Part shown: piece by piece, positions 52,825 to 64,000 of the stretch
How the letters are laid out: every line of letters starts with the position of its first letter
Numbering within the stretch: the stretch's first letter is position 1
NCBI RefSeq assembly: GCF_030684315.1
Contig: NC_081365.1
Span: 40,880,985-40,944,984 of the forward strand
Direction of reading: 5' to 3'
DNA from: Stegostoma tigrinum
Lineage: Eukaryota
Length of the DNA: 64,000 bases
Notes under the pieces: model-generated
The model's database searches: none
What the model was told of the DNA's origin: nothing
What the model saw: only the letters and a program-made list of their open reading frames with translations
Made by a program: the position numbers and the translations under genes

Positions 52825-53058
52825 GATAACAAGGTGTAGAGCTGGATGAACACAGCAGGCCAAGCAGCATCACAGGGGCAGGAAAGCTGATGTTTCCGGC
52901 CTAGACCCTTCTTCAGAAATACAGAAATTTCTGAAGAAGGGTCTACGCCCGAAACTTCAGCTTTCCTGCTCCTATGATGCTGCTTGGCCTGCTGTGTTCA
53001 TCCAGCTCTACACCTTGTTATCTCTGATTCTCCAGCATGTGCAGTTCCTACTATCTAG
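52825..53058. mobile_element. PLE-derived asymmetric foldback insertion (CUGAAGA-core subfamily)
   Basis: Arms meet at cttcagaaatacagaaatttctgaag; 14-bp TSD GTGAGGAGGACAGA (52811-52824, 53059-53072). Confidence 0.9.
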
Positions 53059-53371
53059 GTGAGGAGGACAGATGTGTCTGTACTAAGATATATTAAAAGT
53101 TAAGTGAGTAGGTAAAAAGCTGGCAGATGGGAGCATTATGTGGGAAAATGTGAGGTTCTCCCTGTTCTTTGGCAGGAAGAACAGAGGAGCAGAATAATAT
53201 TTAAGTGGAGACATTACAGAATTCTCCAGCATAGTGAGATCTGGTTCTCATTATACATGAATTACAAAAAGATAGCTTGCAGGGAAAGAAGGTAATCAGA
53301 AAAACAAACTGAAAGACAGTCTTGATTGAAAGAGGGAGTGGAGTAGAAGAGCAGGAAAGAGTCTTGTTTTT

Positions 53372-53735
53372 TCTTTTCATTCATTCATTCACAGGACGAG
53401 GGCGTTGCTGACTAGATAGCATTTACTGCCCATACCTAATTGCCCAGAGAACAGTTTAGAGTCAGCCACATTGATGTGGGTCTAGAGTCACATGTAGGCC
53501 AAACCAGGTAAGGATGGCAGTTTCCTTCCTTAAAGGGCATTAGTGAACCAGATGGGTTTTTACGACAACTGACAATGGATTCATGGTCATCATTAGATTC
53601 TTAATTCCAGATATTTTATTGAATTCAAATTCCACCATCTGCCCTGGTGGGATTTGAACCTAGGTCCCCAGAACATTATCTGGATCTCTGGATTAACAGT
53701 CCAGCAATAATACCACTAGGCCATTGCCTTCCCCT
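53372..53735 (-). mobile_element. Deu-domain SINE (SacSINE1-like), full length
   Basis: Reverse-complement match to 16191-16548, with a (ttca)n tail at the left end. Confidence 0.78.
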
Positions 53736-54969
53736 GTAGTACTACCATCCAGAGCACTGATGGGACTGCACCTTGAGTACTATGTATACTTTTGACTCTT
53801 TACTTAGGAGAGCATTGGAAGCTGTTTGGAAATGATTCATAAAGGTTGATTCCTGGAATGAAGTGGTTGTGTTAAAAAATTACAGATTTCTCACTTAAGG
53901 CAAAGACAAAGACAAAGACAAAGAAACTTTTCCCTTAAAAGGATCATTCATCTTTTGAATTCTCTCCTACAAAGAACAGTGGAGGCTGGGTGATTATCCA
54001 AAACTGCTATTTAGAGATTTGATTTGACAAGCTGGGGAGATGGGGTTATGAATGACACACAGGAAAGTGGTGTTAAGATTACAATCAGATCAGCCAAGAT
54101 CTTCCTAAATGGTACAACAGGCTTAATTCTAATGCTCTTATTTCTCAAAATCTTATAACGTTACATTCCGTACGCTTATTATCTGACAGAAAAAAATCCC
54201 AAGTGTTTGTGAATGGCAATATTTTGATTTTCATATCACAATTAATTTAAATAATTAGTTCATTTTATTCCTAAGCCTATACCATTTCAAATAGAATTCG
54301 ATAGTTCGAATGTGGTGCTAAATCCAGTAAGCATTGAAGTCAGTCTTATTCACATAATTAAGTATTGTACAAAACAGGTATTGAATAGACTGTAAATTAA
54401 ACATTAATAATTAACATTATTAATATGGTGGGAGGAAACTCAAATGCATTCACCTAATTGTTTGACAAGTGATAGTCAAACAACTCAACTTTAACAATGA
54501 CTTCTGAAGGGGTAAAATATTGGTCTAGTTCCTCAACATACAAATTGAGTGACAAATCAGACATGTTGGACCCTAAGGACAGTTGCAGCACAAGAGTGTC
54601 AATTTACACGACCACTACTGTATCCATTTCAAAGTTAATGTTAGCACACAGGAGTAGGCATTTAATATTGCTCCTTTTGACACTGTCTAACTTAAATGTT
54701 GTTAAATTATTAGGATCCAAAATCTTAATGGACATCACGAGATCCATATTAACATTAACAGTACTGCAATAACTCCACCCAACCTCCAGTATTTCTCTCT
54801 CATCTTCTCGTCCAACCCCGAACTGTTCTTTCCCTTCCATCCTCCTTACCTATGTCCCCATCCTCCTCCATGCCTACCCTCCCCATTCTGATCCCTACGC
54901 TTCTCCTCCATCCGTCCCTCCTGCTCCCCTTACCCCTCCATTCTCCTTCCTTGTAGAATTGTACAGTAC

Positions 54970-55189
54970 CTTTTCAGCCATCTTTTCAGCAGGTGTGTTG
55001 CAGAATTCAACCTGTTGGTTGGTCTTTTGTATATTACTTGTGCTCAGTCTTCCAAGAAGTTGAGAATTAATAGCCTCTGCTAACTTAAGATTGACAGAAG
55101 CAAGTTCTACAGTGGTATGCGGTTGTGCATTAGGATAATAAGTTTGTTGTCGGCCCCATTGCAGAGATACTAAGAGCTCCTTGAGGAAT
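54970..55189 (-). CDS. BLZF1: BLZF1 coding exon 5
   Basis: FLKELLVSLQWGRQQTYYPNAQPHTTVELA...VEFCNTPAEKMAEK; cacAG/GTactg. Confidence 0.93.
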
Positions 55190-56694
55190 CTGTGAAGAAT
55201 AATGAAAACGAATGATTTCACAGCTGGTCCTGCACAGAACTAATCTATACAAGGTGTATGCTTTATTCTAGGTAACAATGATCTTGTCTTTCTGAGCATA
55301 ATATTTGTAGTGCAATTGTCACTAGAAAGATCTGATCTTCTTGGAGGTGCACCTAATTATTACAGGAGGGTGACTGCTGTTACCTTAGTTTACTACCATT
55401 TATGAACGCTTCAGAGATCATAAATTAGTTTCAAGTATTTGAAGCATCATTACAAATAAACATAGTTGCATTCTAAACAGTATTTTCCTCGATTAACATT
55501 CTTTAACTAATAATCAGTGTTGAAAGTAGATGAAGACCAAAAATGGTCTGTCATTTTTCCGGGTCAAGGAATCATGTAATTGTAGCATTTGTTACGACCT
55601 GTAATGAATGCTTCTCGGCCATTTCAACCAGGCAGAAATATTTGACGTTAAACAGACAGAATCCTTAGTTTTTGGTTTATTTACCTCCCTTTAGATGTTG
55701 CACCTAAAGTGATGTTAGCATTTCAACATTTGATATTAAATGATGTATTACAGGATGAAGATTGTACAAACAATAAAACATGACCTTGTTGATTATTACA
55801 TGCAAAGCGAACCAAAAGACAAAGGCAGGACTTCAATGACTACTTTTCAACGAACCCCCTTTTAACTTTGCTTCAAAGGCAATATAGGTGGGCAACAATA
55901 CTCTAATTCTGTTAATAAATATGGGAATATATTCAAAATTAACATGACTCTACACCCCAGGAAAATCACTACTATATCAGCTTGGTAATCTTCAGGATAT
56001 AACATTTCCTTATGAAGATGAATATTAAAATGTATTTTTAAGAGGTATTTTGCAAAAATGTGATTTTATACACTTGTGCATTTTGGTCAATCTCGCCATG
56101 TTTCCTGATGACAGGAGACTCAGTGGAGCCCTGTGTTCTCCCTTCATGCACAAACTGTTATCAGCACTTCCTGGCCAACTGTACCTCCAACCATGCCATA
56201 TACACACACACCCTTAGGATCCCCCCTCCAAATTCACGCACTCCGTATTCCCAACAGTTTCATCGAATTTCACAGTGACCCCACAAGCACATTCATGACC
56301 AAGCTAACATGACTCAAAACGAGCACCAATTCACCACGATCAGTTGAAACATACGATTTGCTACTGCCTCCTTAAAGAAGATTCTGATGTTGAACCTTTT
56401 TTTCTCTTTTTGCATGGGACAATTATTGCAATACTTTAAGGCTAATCACAATACAACATTTCATTAGATTTTTAACATTTTCATTCATGGCATATGGAAA
56501 TCACTAGCTAGGCAAGTACATCACTTGGATATACTCATACGCACGGTTCTAAATCCTCTATATCATTGTCCATGAGCAACTTCTGTAATGTGCATATCCA
56601 CAGAATAGGTGCATTGCTGTAACAGAAATCGGACCAGGGCAGAAGAAAGAGAACGGATGTGAGGTTTTGGGGGGGTGGGGGGGTTGTGGGGGAT

Positions 56695-56860
56695 GAGTCA
56701 GAGACAGAGAGAGAGAGACAGCAGGCGAGAAAGCAGACACAATGGAAGAAAGATAGACCGAGCGTGCAAATGGACATAAGGGCAGGGGACGAGAAAGAGA
56801 GAGAGCGAGAGAGAGAGCGCGCGAGAGAGAGAGAGAAAGAAAGAAAGATGTGGGGAAGGG
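56695..56860. repeat. GA-rich simple repeat
   Basis: (GA)n runs with GC interruptions. Confidence 0.8.
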
Positions 56861-58098
56861 GTAAAGTGAGAGGACAGATAGAGGCAACAGAGGGAACCTA
56901 GGAGCCAGAATGCCCTCTCTCTCTCCCTCCACCTTCATCGTTTTTCTTCCCGGAATCTGTGATCGTCTACATCTCAATCTTCCATCTCCAACCCTGGTCC
57001 CAACTTCTCCCTCTCCTCGTCCTAAAACCCGATATCTCCAATAATCACCCGTCCCACCCAATCACCTCTCCCAAATTCTTCCCCTGAAGCTGTTTGTATG
57101 AGCGTGTATGTGCTGCTGTTAGCAAATACAGTATGTAGAAAAAGTGTTTTGTGTCTTGTGAAATTTTTTATGCACTTAAGTGCTCTACAATTTATTTTGA
57201 TGGAATGACTCTAAACTGCCCCATGGGAATTAGGGATGGGCAATAAATGCTAACTTAGCCAGTGACACCCACATTTGGTGAATGTGTATAAAAAAAATTA
57301 TCAACATCCATCCTTTCCCTTCCAGTACTCAAGTTTAAACATCTCACTCACTTTTGACTGACAAAATCTATAAATACTAACGGACAGTGCAGATCCTACC
57401 TCACTAACTTTGGGACTTTCCATTTCTAACATATTTTCATTTACATCAACTGGAGCCTCTGTTTCCAAATCTAGAGTGGGGGAAGAAAAAGGCTGCTGCA
57501 TCAGACTTATGAACCATCACCCATGGGCCTGATGAACCTTGAGGAGATGTGATCCACTGCTCCTCCCTTTCCCAAGTCCTCTGGGCACTTGTTTGGCTGC
57601 TTGGATGCAACGGTGGCCAAGAGGAAGAGGGGTCATTTTAAACAGAAGTGTGGAATTTTTTTTTCATTTCTTATTTTGGTATAACTTCTAGGCCCAGATT
57701 TTGTAGGAAGAACATTAGTAAGACAGTCAGTGTTCATCACAGTGAAAAGGGAAAACCAGACAGCAACATCTGGGTTCTGCACACGCACAAATGAAAGTTT
57801 TGAAGGTAAGAAATTTGTGTTCAGTTGCCCTGTTCTTTGCTGCACTGGTACCTTACTGATAGACATATATGAAAGCTGAGGTACTTACCCAGTAGATACT
57901 CTCCTGGTATGATATAAAACATCAGGGCCTATCAATTCAGTAAGTGCAAGTCTAAACAGAATGGCTTGATAAGTTACATTGCGACTATTAGTTTAGGACC
58001 GGTCTTAATCAAAGTTTGGTGCTGACAGCAGTTTAAATGTTGACAGGGTATTGCGTAATAGATAAAATGTGATATGACTGAAATGGATGGAAACATAC

Positions 58099-58227
58099 TC
58101 ATGGGATTCAACCATATCTTGACGAAATTGCTCACGCTCACTGAGAAGATCTTGTATTGCACTCTGGGTTTCTCGGACATGACGCTGCAGCGATGTTCTA
58201 ATGTGTGCTAATTCCTCTGTCATCACT
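58099..58227 (-). CDS. BLZF1: BLZF1 coding exon 4
   Basis: VMTEELAHIRTSLQRHVRETQSAIQDLLSEREQFRQDMVESH; tgcAG/GTatgt, phase 2-2. Confidence 0.93.
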
Positions 58228-58614
58228 CTGCATGGAAAGAAGATTAAAATAAATGAAATCTGGGTAATTACTGTTTAGAATTTTTTTACAAAATGACAAA
58301 GTGTGTCTACAGTTATAAAAATGAAAAGGCACTTAAGAAAGCCATTAACATGGGCCAAAAATCACATTTTACATTATCTATACGGCACATGTTAAAGGAA
58401 TTTAAACTGCAATATATATTTTTGGGTATAAGATGATATTCTAATCATTTAAATTTCTCTTGGCAACTAAAACCAGGGTATATAAAAGTCTAGGATGTAC
58501 GAATTTATCTGATTTAACTATTTGTGTTCTTTAATTATGATTAGATAGAGTATGTAGCATAGATCTAGTCCGTGCCAGCATTTTTGATCAAATGAAGCCT
58601 TCTACTATCTCTGA

Positions 58615-58950
58615 GCTGGAGAACTGAATCCAGTTTTGGGCACCACACCTTAGGAAGGATGTACAGGCATTAGAAAGGGTGTGGAATAGATTCACAAGTA
58701 TCAGTCCAGAGATGAGGACTTCAATAATACAGAAAAATTACTCCAGATTATTTTTCTTGCAAGTTGAAAGCTTTGCTGAGGCACCAAACGTGGACTGAAG
58801 TCAAGGGTTACTGTGGGGAAGCCAGTGGAGAACAAACTAAAAATGGAGTTGAGACCACAACCAGATCAACAATGATCTAACTGAGTGGTGGCACAGGCTT
58901 GAAACACCGAATGGCCTATTCGTGTTCTTAAGTTCTATATTCCTATGATA
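58615..58950 (+). mobile_element. Old CR1 3' fragment
   Basis: cagttttgggcaccacaccttaggaaggatgta (QFWAPHLRKDV) and tail gaatggcctattcgtgttc. Confidence 0.65.
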
Positions 58951-59632
58951 GAGGCTTAAGGCAGGAAATTGGACCTTTAACTGAAAAGGGCAGATTTATA
59001 TGGGCACAAAGAAAATACAGAGGATTGACATTAGGTAAATAACAGGTCCAGCATAGACATGACAGGCCAAATGGTTTTCGCCTGTAATCATTCCATCATC
59101 GAACTTTTATCATTACAGCCCTGTGCTCTGTTCTCTCTAATAATAGTTAATTCTTAAATGTAACTATACAATTCATCTTGACTGCTCCTTGTTGTAGCAT
59201 GTTTCACACACAGTAATTGAGTTTCTTCTGAATCCCATTTTAATTTCTGGAGTCTCAGGCTGCACATCCTAGTGGATATTTTTGTGCCACTTTCAGTGCT
59301 CCTATTTGTTTCTATATAATATGGCAACCTGAACTACACACAAGTGTGGTCAAGGTTAACATATTTTTTGTTTTTCAATTCTATCTAGAAATAAATCAAG
59401 TGTTTCATTTACTTTTGCTGTGGTCTTATTGTCACAGCTTTTATATGACAAGTGTCATCATACCTCTAGATCCATTTGACTACCACAACTGCCACCCCCA
59501 CCACGATCCCCACCAATTGGATTATTATTTCCAAGTTATATATTACCTAATTTCCTCACCAAAATGTTAATACATGCATTTTTCAGTCTTGAGGCTCATG
59601 CCAAATAAAAGCACAAATCCTTAAATTTGTTA

Positions 59633-59846
59633 GAGATAATGGGAACTGCAGATGCTGCAGAATCCAAGATAATAAAGTGTGAAGCTGGATGAACACAGCA
59701 GGTCAAGCAGCATCTCAGGAGCACAAAAGCTGATGTTTCGGGCCTAGACCCTTCATCAGAGGGTGGGTCTAGGCCCGAAACGTCAGTTTTTGTGCTCCTG
59801 AGATGCTGCTTGGCCTGCTGTGTTCATCCAGCTTCACACCGTGTTC
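59633..59846. mobile_element. PLE-derived asymmetric foldback insertion
   Basis: Arms meet at tcatcagagggt|gggtctagg; 15-bp TSD TCCTTAAATTTGTTA (59618-59632, 59847-59861). Confidence 0.9.
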
Positions 59847-60456
59847 TCCTTAAATTTGTTAATGCCTTCTTAAAATTTGTTGCAATCCTCTATACTCTGA
59901 CCATTCTCCAAAACCCACCACACCATTTGGTATTAAGTGAAATCTTACAAATTATGAATCCTATTGTGGTCCCAAGTACCAATCCTCACGGTACCCCACT
60001 TAAACTGTTCATCACACTAAATAATTACTCATTAACCCTTACTGAAATAATTAGTTGGGAATTATTTAACTGGACACCTAGGACTCCATTGGAATTATCA
60101 CGAGAGACACTCAGTCTTGTGAAGTTAGAACAGTTACTTTTAATTCAGTTTTTAAATGTATGTAAAATTTATTGCACAATTTCACAAGAAGTAATGAAAC
60201 ATTTAAGCAAATACAAGGGTTCAAAATCAGATTTGCGACGTACACGAAAAAGACCACCAGTGCAGAATGGCAATTAGCATTACCTGTTATCATCACTTCA
60301 TACCTGAACAAAATACTAACAATAATAGTCCTCCCTATTGTTATATGTGGAAATGAACATGAAGCAGAGGAATTAGAAAATGTTAGTAAAATATAAGCCA
60401 AAAGACATTGTCTAAAATGAAGTATTTTCTTACAAATGACCGTAAAAGTATACAAC

Positions 60457-60656
60457 CTGCTTGCAAGAAACTTGCTGCGCCACACATCGCATTGTATCGT
60501 CATCCGCTCCAGCTGCTCAGAGAGCTGAGCTAGGTTTTGATTCAAAGTCTCGTTTTCCAGGATTAATTGATTTTTTTCACGAGCCAAGCGCTCAAAGTGA
60601 TACTGAAGGTCATTGCCAACAGAAGCTACAAGTAATTTTTTTAGTTCACGATTTAT
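60457..60656 (-). CDS. BLZF1: BLZF1 coding exon 3
   Basis: INRELKKLLVASVGNDLQYHFERLAREKNQLILENE...QCDVWRSKFLAS; ttcAG/GTtgta. Confidence 0.95.
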
Positions 60657-62056
60657 CTGAAATAGATTAAAAACATTGAGTTGTTAAATATATTGAGTTT
60701 TTTTTATCCACATAGAACCTATCAATTATTGTTAATTTTGCAAAGTTCAGTTCAATTCTACTTGTTCTTTGGGGGATGTGCTTGAAGACTGTTGAAGATT
60801 GGCAAGATGGTATAGAAACGTGGAAGTGGTGGGTGCATTACCTTTCAGATACCATGCCGTTTGCAAGAGTGATGGCGGATGGCCTTCTCACCCTGAGTCA
60901 AGTTAAGTCAGTCTCTTCTGACATCTATCCAGCAGTGGGAGTGCAGCGCAGGCTCAGTTGGGTTAATCCTGGTGACATAGAGTGTACAGACCTGACAGCC
61001 TGAGACATGATGCCACCTGCCAACAAGACCTTGCTTTCGTGACTGCCCCCCCACTCCATTGCCTGGTTGAAAGAGTGCAGATCCATTAATGTGACTGCCT
61101 CCTTTAGCTGTAGCCCCAGCAATGGCCACATCCTTAATGGAAATGCTAAGCTGCTAGGCATCTGATTGGATGAGCAACCCCAAGAGGCAATTAATTGGCT
61201 TCCACTCATGTGCTGTGTACCTGGATTCCACTAACCACGGAAGCTTACCCCTTACATCCACACTTGGCACCAGGACCTCTGGTACCAATCAATAAATCCA
61301 ACCCCATTTTTTTTTCTACAGATTTCAATATAAACACCCATTGTATTAAGAGAAAGGCAACCCTGCTGAAACGATTTTCTCACTAATGTTTGATGAATGA
61401 CACAGAGGTCCTCGGGTTTACTCAAAAATATAATGTTATAAAGTGCTGTAAAGACTTAAATTTTTAAATTGAGTAGAAGGTGGTGAAGGAGTGCATAATT
61501 GACTGATCTTGCATTCCATGTACAACTTTCTGTTTGCCTGAGACTGATGGATTTTAGTTGTTATATCCAAACCGCCTACTGAGATGATGGCCTGCACTTT
61601 ACTAATTTTCTATTAAGCAGTTTATTCAACTCATAACTTTATAGCAGATGATGCTAACATGATATAAAAACTAAAAATACTGGAAATACTCAGCAGCCCA
61701 GTCAGCATCCGTGCGCAGGGAAACAACGGTATTACAGAACAATGATACAAATACTGAGTTGCTAAGTGCTTTCAACAATTTGTTTTTATAAACATCACAT
61801 CTGTGATCATAATGTATATTTCTCCCTTCTCCCCCTACATATCCGAGGCTCACCACACCAGTTGCTTCTCCGTCATTTTTCATTTCAAAAGGTCTAGCTT
61901 GTTTTTTCTCCTCACAGGTAAGGATGATGTTCAGTTTTTTTCCAGCAATTTGTTTTGCAGTACTTTAACTTATAGTTAACAGCCAAATGTGAACACCAAA
62001 CTAGAACATGGCTTTCAAGGTACGTTGACACCACTTAACAGTTATTGTTATCTCAC

Positions 62057-62502
62057 CTCAGTCTGTATCCGGATTTGGTTAGCCAGCCCCTCTTTATCTT
62101 GTAGGAGTTTTCTTTCTGAGCTTTGCGATTTTTCAATGGAGACTTTTAGTTCTGTCAGTTCTCTCTTGAGTTCAGCAGCGTTTTCTGGATGATTTGACAA
62201 CTCCCCTTTATGAGAACCTGCGGAGTCATTTAACTTTGTATTCTTTGTAGGAATTTCATGAATTAGAGCTGCTTTGGGTACCAGGATTTTTATGGCTTCT
62301 ACCTCAACAGCTTGGTCAGGCTGAACCTTCCCAAGCTGAAGAACACCAGGCTTGGTGACAATTTGGGAAGAATTGGAAACTGCATTAGCTCGTGGAGTGT
62401 GATGACATTTTTTATTTACTCCTGCGGCATTCTCGATTGGTTTGGCTGATTCTTCTGTTTCCATTCCATCTCCAGGTCCACGGATAGGCTGTACTATCTG
62501 AA
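62057..62502 (-). CDS. BLZF1: BLZF1 coding exon 2
   Basis: QIVQPIRGPGDGMETEE...PGVLQLGK...ILVPKAA...LLQDKEGLANQIRIQTE; ttttAG/GTgaga. Confidence 0.93.
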
Positions 62503-62789
62503 CTAAAATGTAAAAAAGGAAAGGCTATGAATACAAAATTAACAAATTTAGCTTTGATGGCTCAATGATATTGGTCTAGCTTAGACAATATCGTGGCAAT
62601 AGTCTATGCAAGAGTTGAAATAGTTGAAACTGTATTGATTTGAAATGCTAAGAATAAAAATAACCACTAGGGCCTACTATAATTTCAAAATTTATATCCA
62701 AATAAATACTGACCACTCCAAAGCACAATTATTTCACAGCAGACATCATTCAAGCATGACCCTCTCTCGATAATACAATGTATTTTGAA

Positions 62790-62945
62790 AACTGAAAGAA
62801 CTGCTGACGTTGTGAATCAGGAGCAAAAAAATGTTGCTGGAAAAGCTCAGCAGGTCTGGCAGCGTTAATGTTTTGTGTCTCCTGATCCTTCCTCTTTCTG
62901 ACCAGACCTAAAACGTTAACTATGATTTTTTTTCTTCACGATAAC
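62790..62945. mobile_element. Degenerate older PLE foldback remnant
   Basis: aaagaactgctgacgttgtgaatc...gctggaaaagctcagcaggtctggcagc...aaacgttaactatgattttt; similar to 11575-11789. Confidence 0.55.
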
Positions 62946-63713
62946 TTCTGGTAAGAATACTATTAATATTATTCTTTGAATCACAGTACTTTAATTCACA
63001 CTTCCTAAATTACACTATTTCAGTTATAGGTATCACATAGGTTAACATAGAAGGCTTAGAAATATTTGAAACAAGCAGTTTGAGTTTACAATTGAAAGAC
63101 ACAAGTCATCCATAAAGTGAAAAAAAGAGAACTGTTATTATCTGACCCCACCATAAAGTAACAAAATTGTAACAAACTTAAACTCTGTTGAGCAGATATT
63201 GCCCAACTCACTTGTTCTCCTTTCACAGGTCTCCTAGCACTAATCATCCAAAGGTTCTGAACATTCTTTCTTTCCTGCCCATATCTTCTAGTCCACCTTC
63301 TCTCCCATTCCTCCTCCTCCTCCTTAAACCCTACACCCACTTCTGAAAATAACTCTGAGCTTCGTACAAATAATAAAAGCATATTATTTGAAAAACATGT
63401 CTGGCAGCTCAATGGCTACATTTTACAGGATTGAATTTAGGCAAACTTCTGAGTTGACTCGATTGCTCTATGGAGTAACCAGTTCTAAAAATTAATAGAC
63501 TGCATGAAGGATTTTCTGAACTTATAAAAAAGAAATAATTTTTGTACTAGGTGTTCACACTTGCTACCAAAAGAACACTGACATATGACTGGGACTAAGG
63601 GTTTAAAATCAATTGCAGCTGATGCTCCTGCATTCTTTTGATCTGGGCAACTTGTGATTTTTAAAAGAATAAATTTAATTGCAAAGATTTTAATTCATTC
63701 TTAAGCAAAATAC

Positions 63714-63726
63714 CTTTATTCTCCAT
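63714..63726 (-). CDS. BLZF1: BLZF1 first coding exon (MENK-V; exon 63789-63714)
   Basis: Acceptor ttttttcccAG, in-frame upstream TAA, Kozak AGGATGG, donor G|GTattt in phase 1 matching the next exon. Gives a 397-aa protein. Confidence 0.75.
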
Positions 63727-64000
63727 CCTGATGACTTATGTCAAAATCCCAACAATGTGTTGAATTTTAGTTCCGTTGCTAATTTTCACCTGGGAAAAAA
63801 TAATTCAAATTACTCTGCTGAACCCGTTACCAGATCAGCACACACAACAGTTTATTAAGTCATTCTAAGAAGTCTGAAGTAATTAACTATGGGGGAAAAA
63901 ATTAAATTGTATATTACATGATTCATAACTATTTATTGTTCATTTAAAATTAAAGACATAGTAAATTAGTTTTAGTTTCTATTATTTTCTATCGACTTTA

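Larger units (their letters stand above)
52640..54125 (+). mobile_element. Old CR1 LINE fragment hosting a PLE foldback and a SINE
   Basis: tttacaatctatattaatgat (FTIYIND), tggcagatgg..gggaaaatgtgagg, gcaccttgagtactatgta. Confidence 0.65.

Noticed and set aside
29234-59846. Recurring palindromic repeats as CRISPR repeats or a DNA-transposon MITE
   Set aside because: They are dispersed, with no spacers. They match the PLE 3' end, have long variable TSDs and each has a unique centre.

Overview
This is eukaryotic genomic DNA, very likely from a cartilaginous fish (shark), judged from HE1/V-SINE-like and Deu-SINE-like repeats and shark-type CR1 LINEs. It holds two convergent spliced genes. CCDC181 is on + with 5 coding exons (24973-32876, 506 aa) and a probable CpG-rich promoter with RFX X-boxes at ~5.5 kb. 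BLZF1/Golgin-45 is on - with 6 coding exons (63726-51701, 397 aa). The tail-to-tail arrangement matches what I recall of the human locus. The rest is dominated by retroelements: CR1, Rex1/Babar, L2-like LINEs, a decayed Gypsy LTR element and SINEs. The most striking signal is a Penelope-like (Neptune-type RT + GIY-YIG) family whose 3' end carries a minimal hammerhead ribozyme motif (CUGAUGA-A-GGGUCUAGGCCC-GAAA-CG-UC^AG). Besides ordinary 5'-truncated copies, it left seven short asymmetric foldback insertions with 13-17 bp TSDs. Each turns around at or next to the ribozyme, and one (48022-48179) turns exactly on the AGCT following the predicted self-cleavage site. All coordinates and alignments were read by eye, with no database searches.
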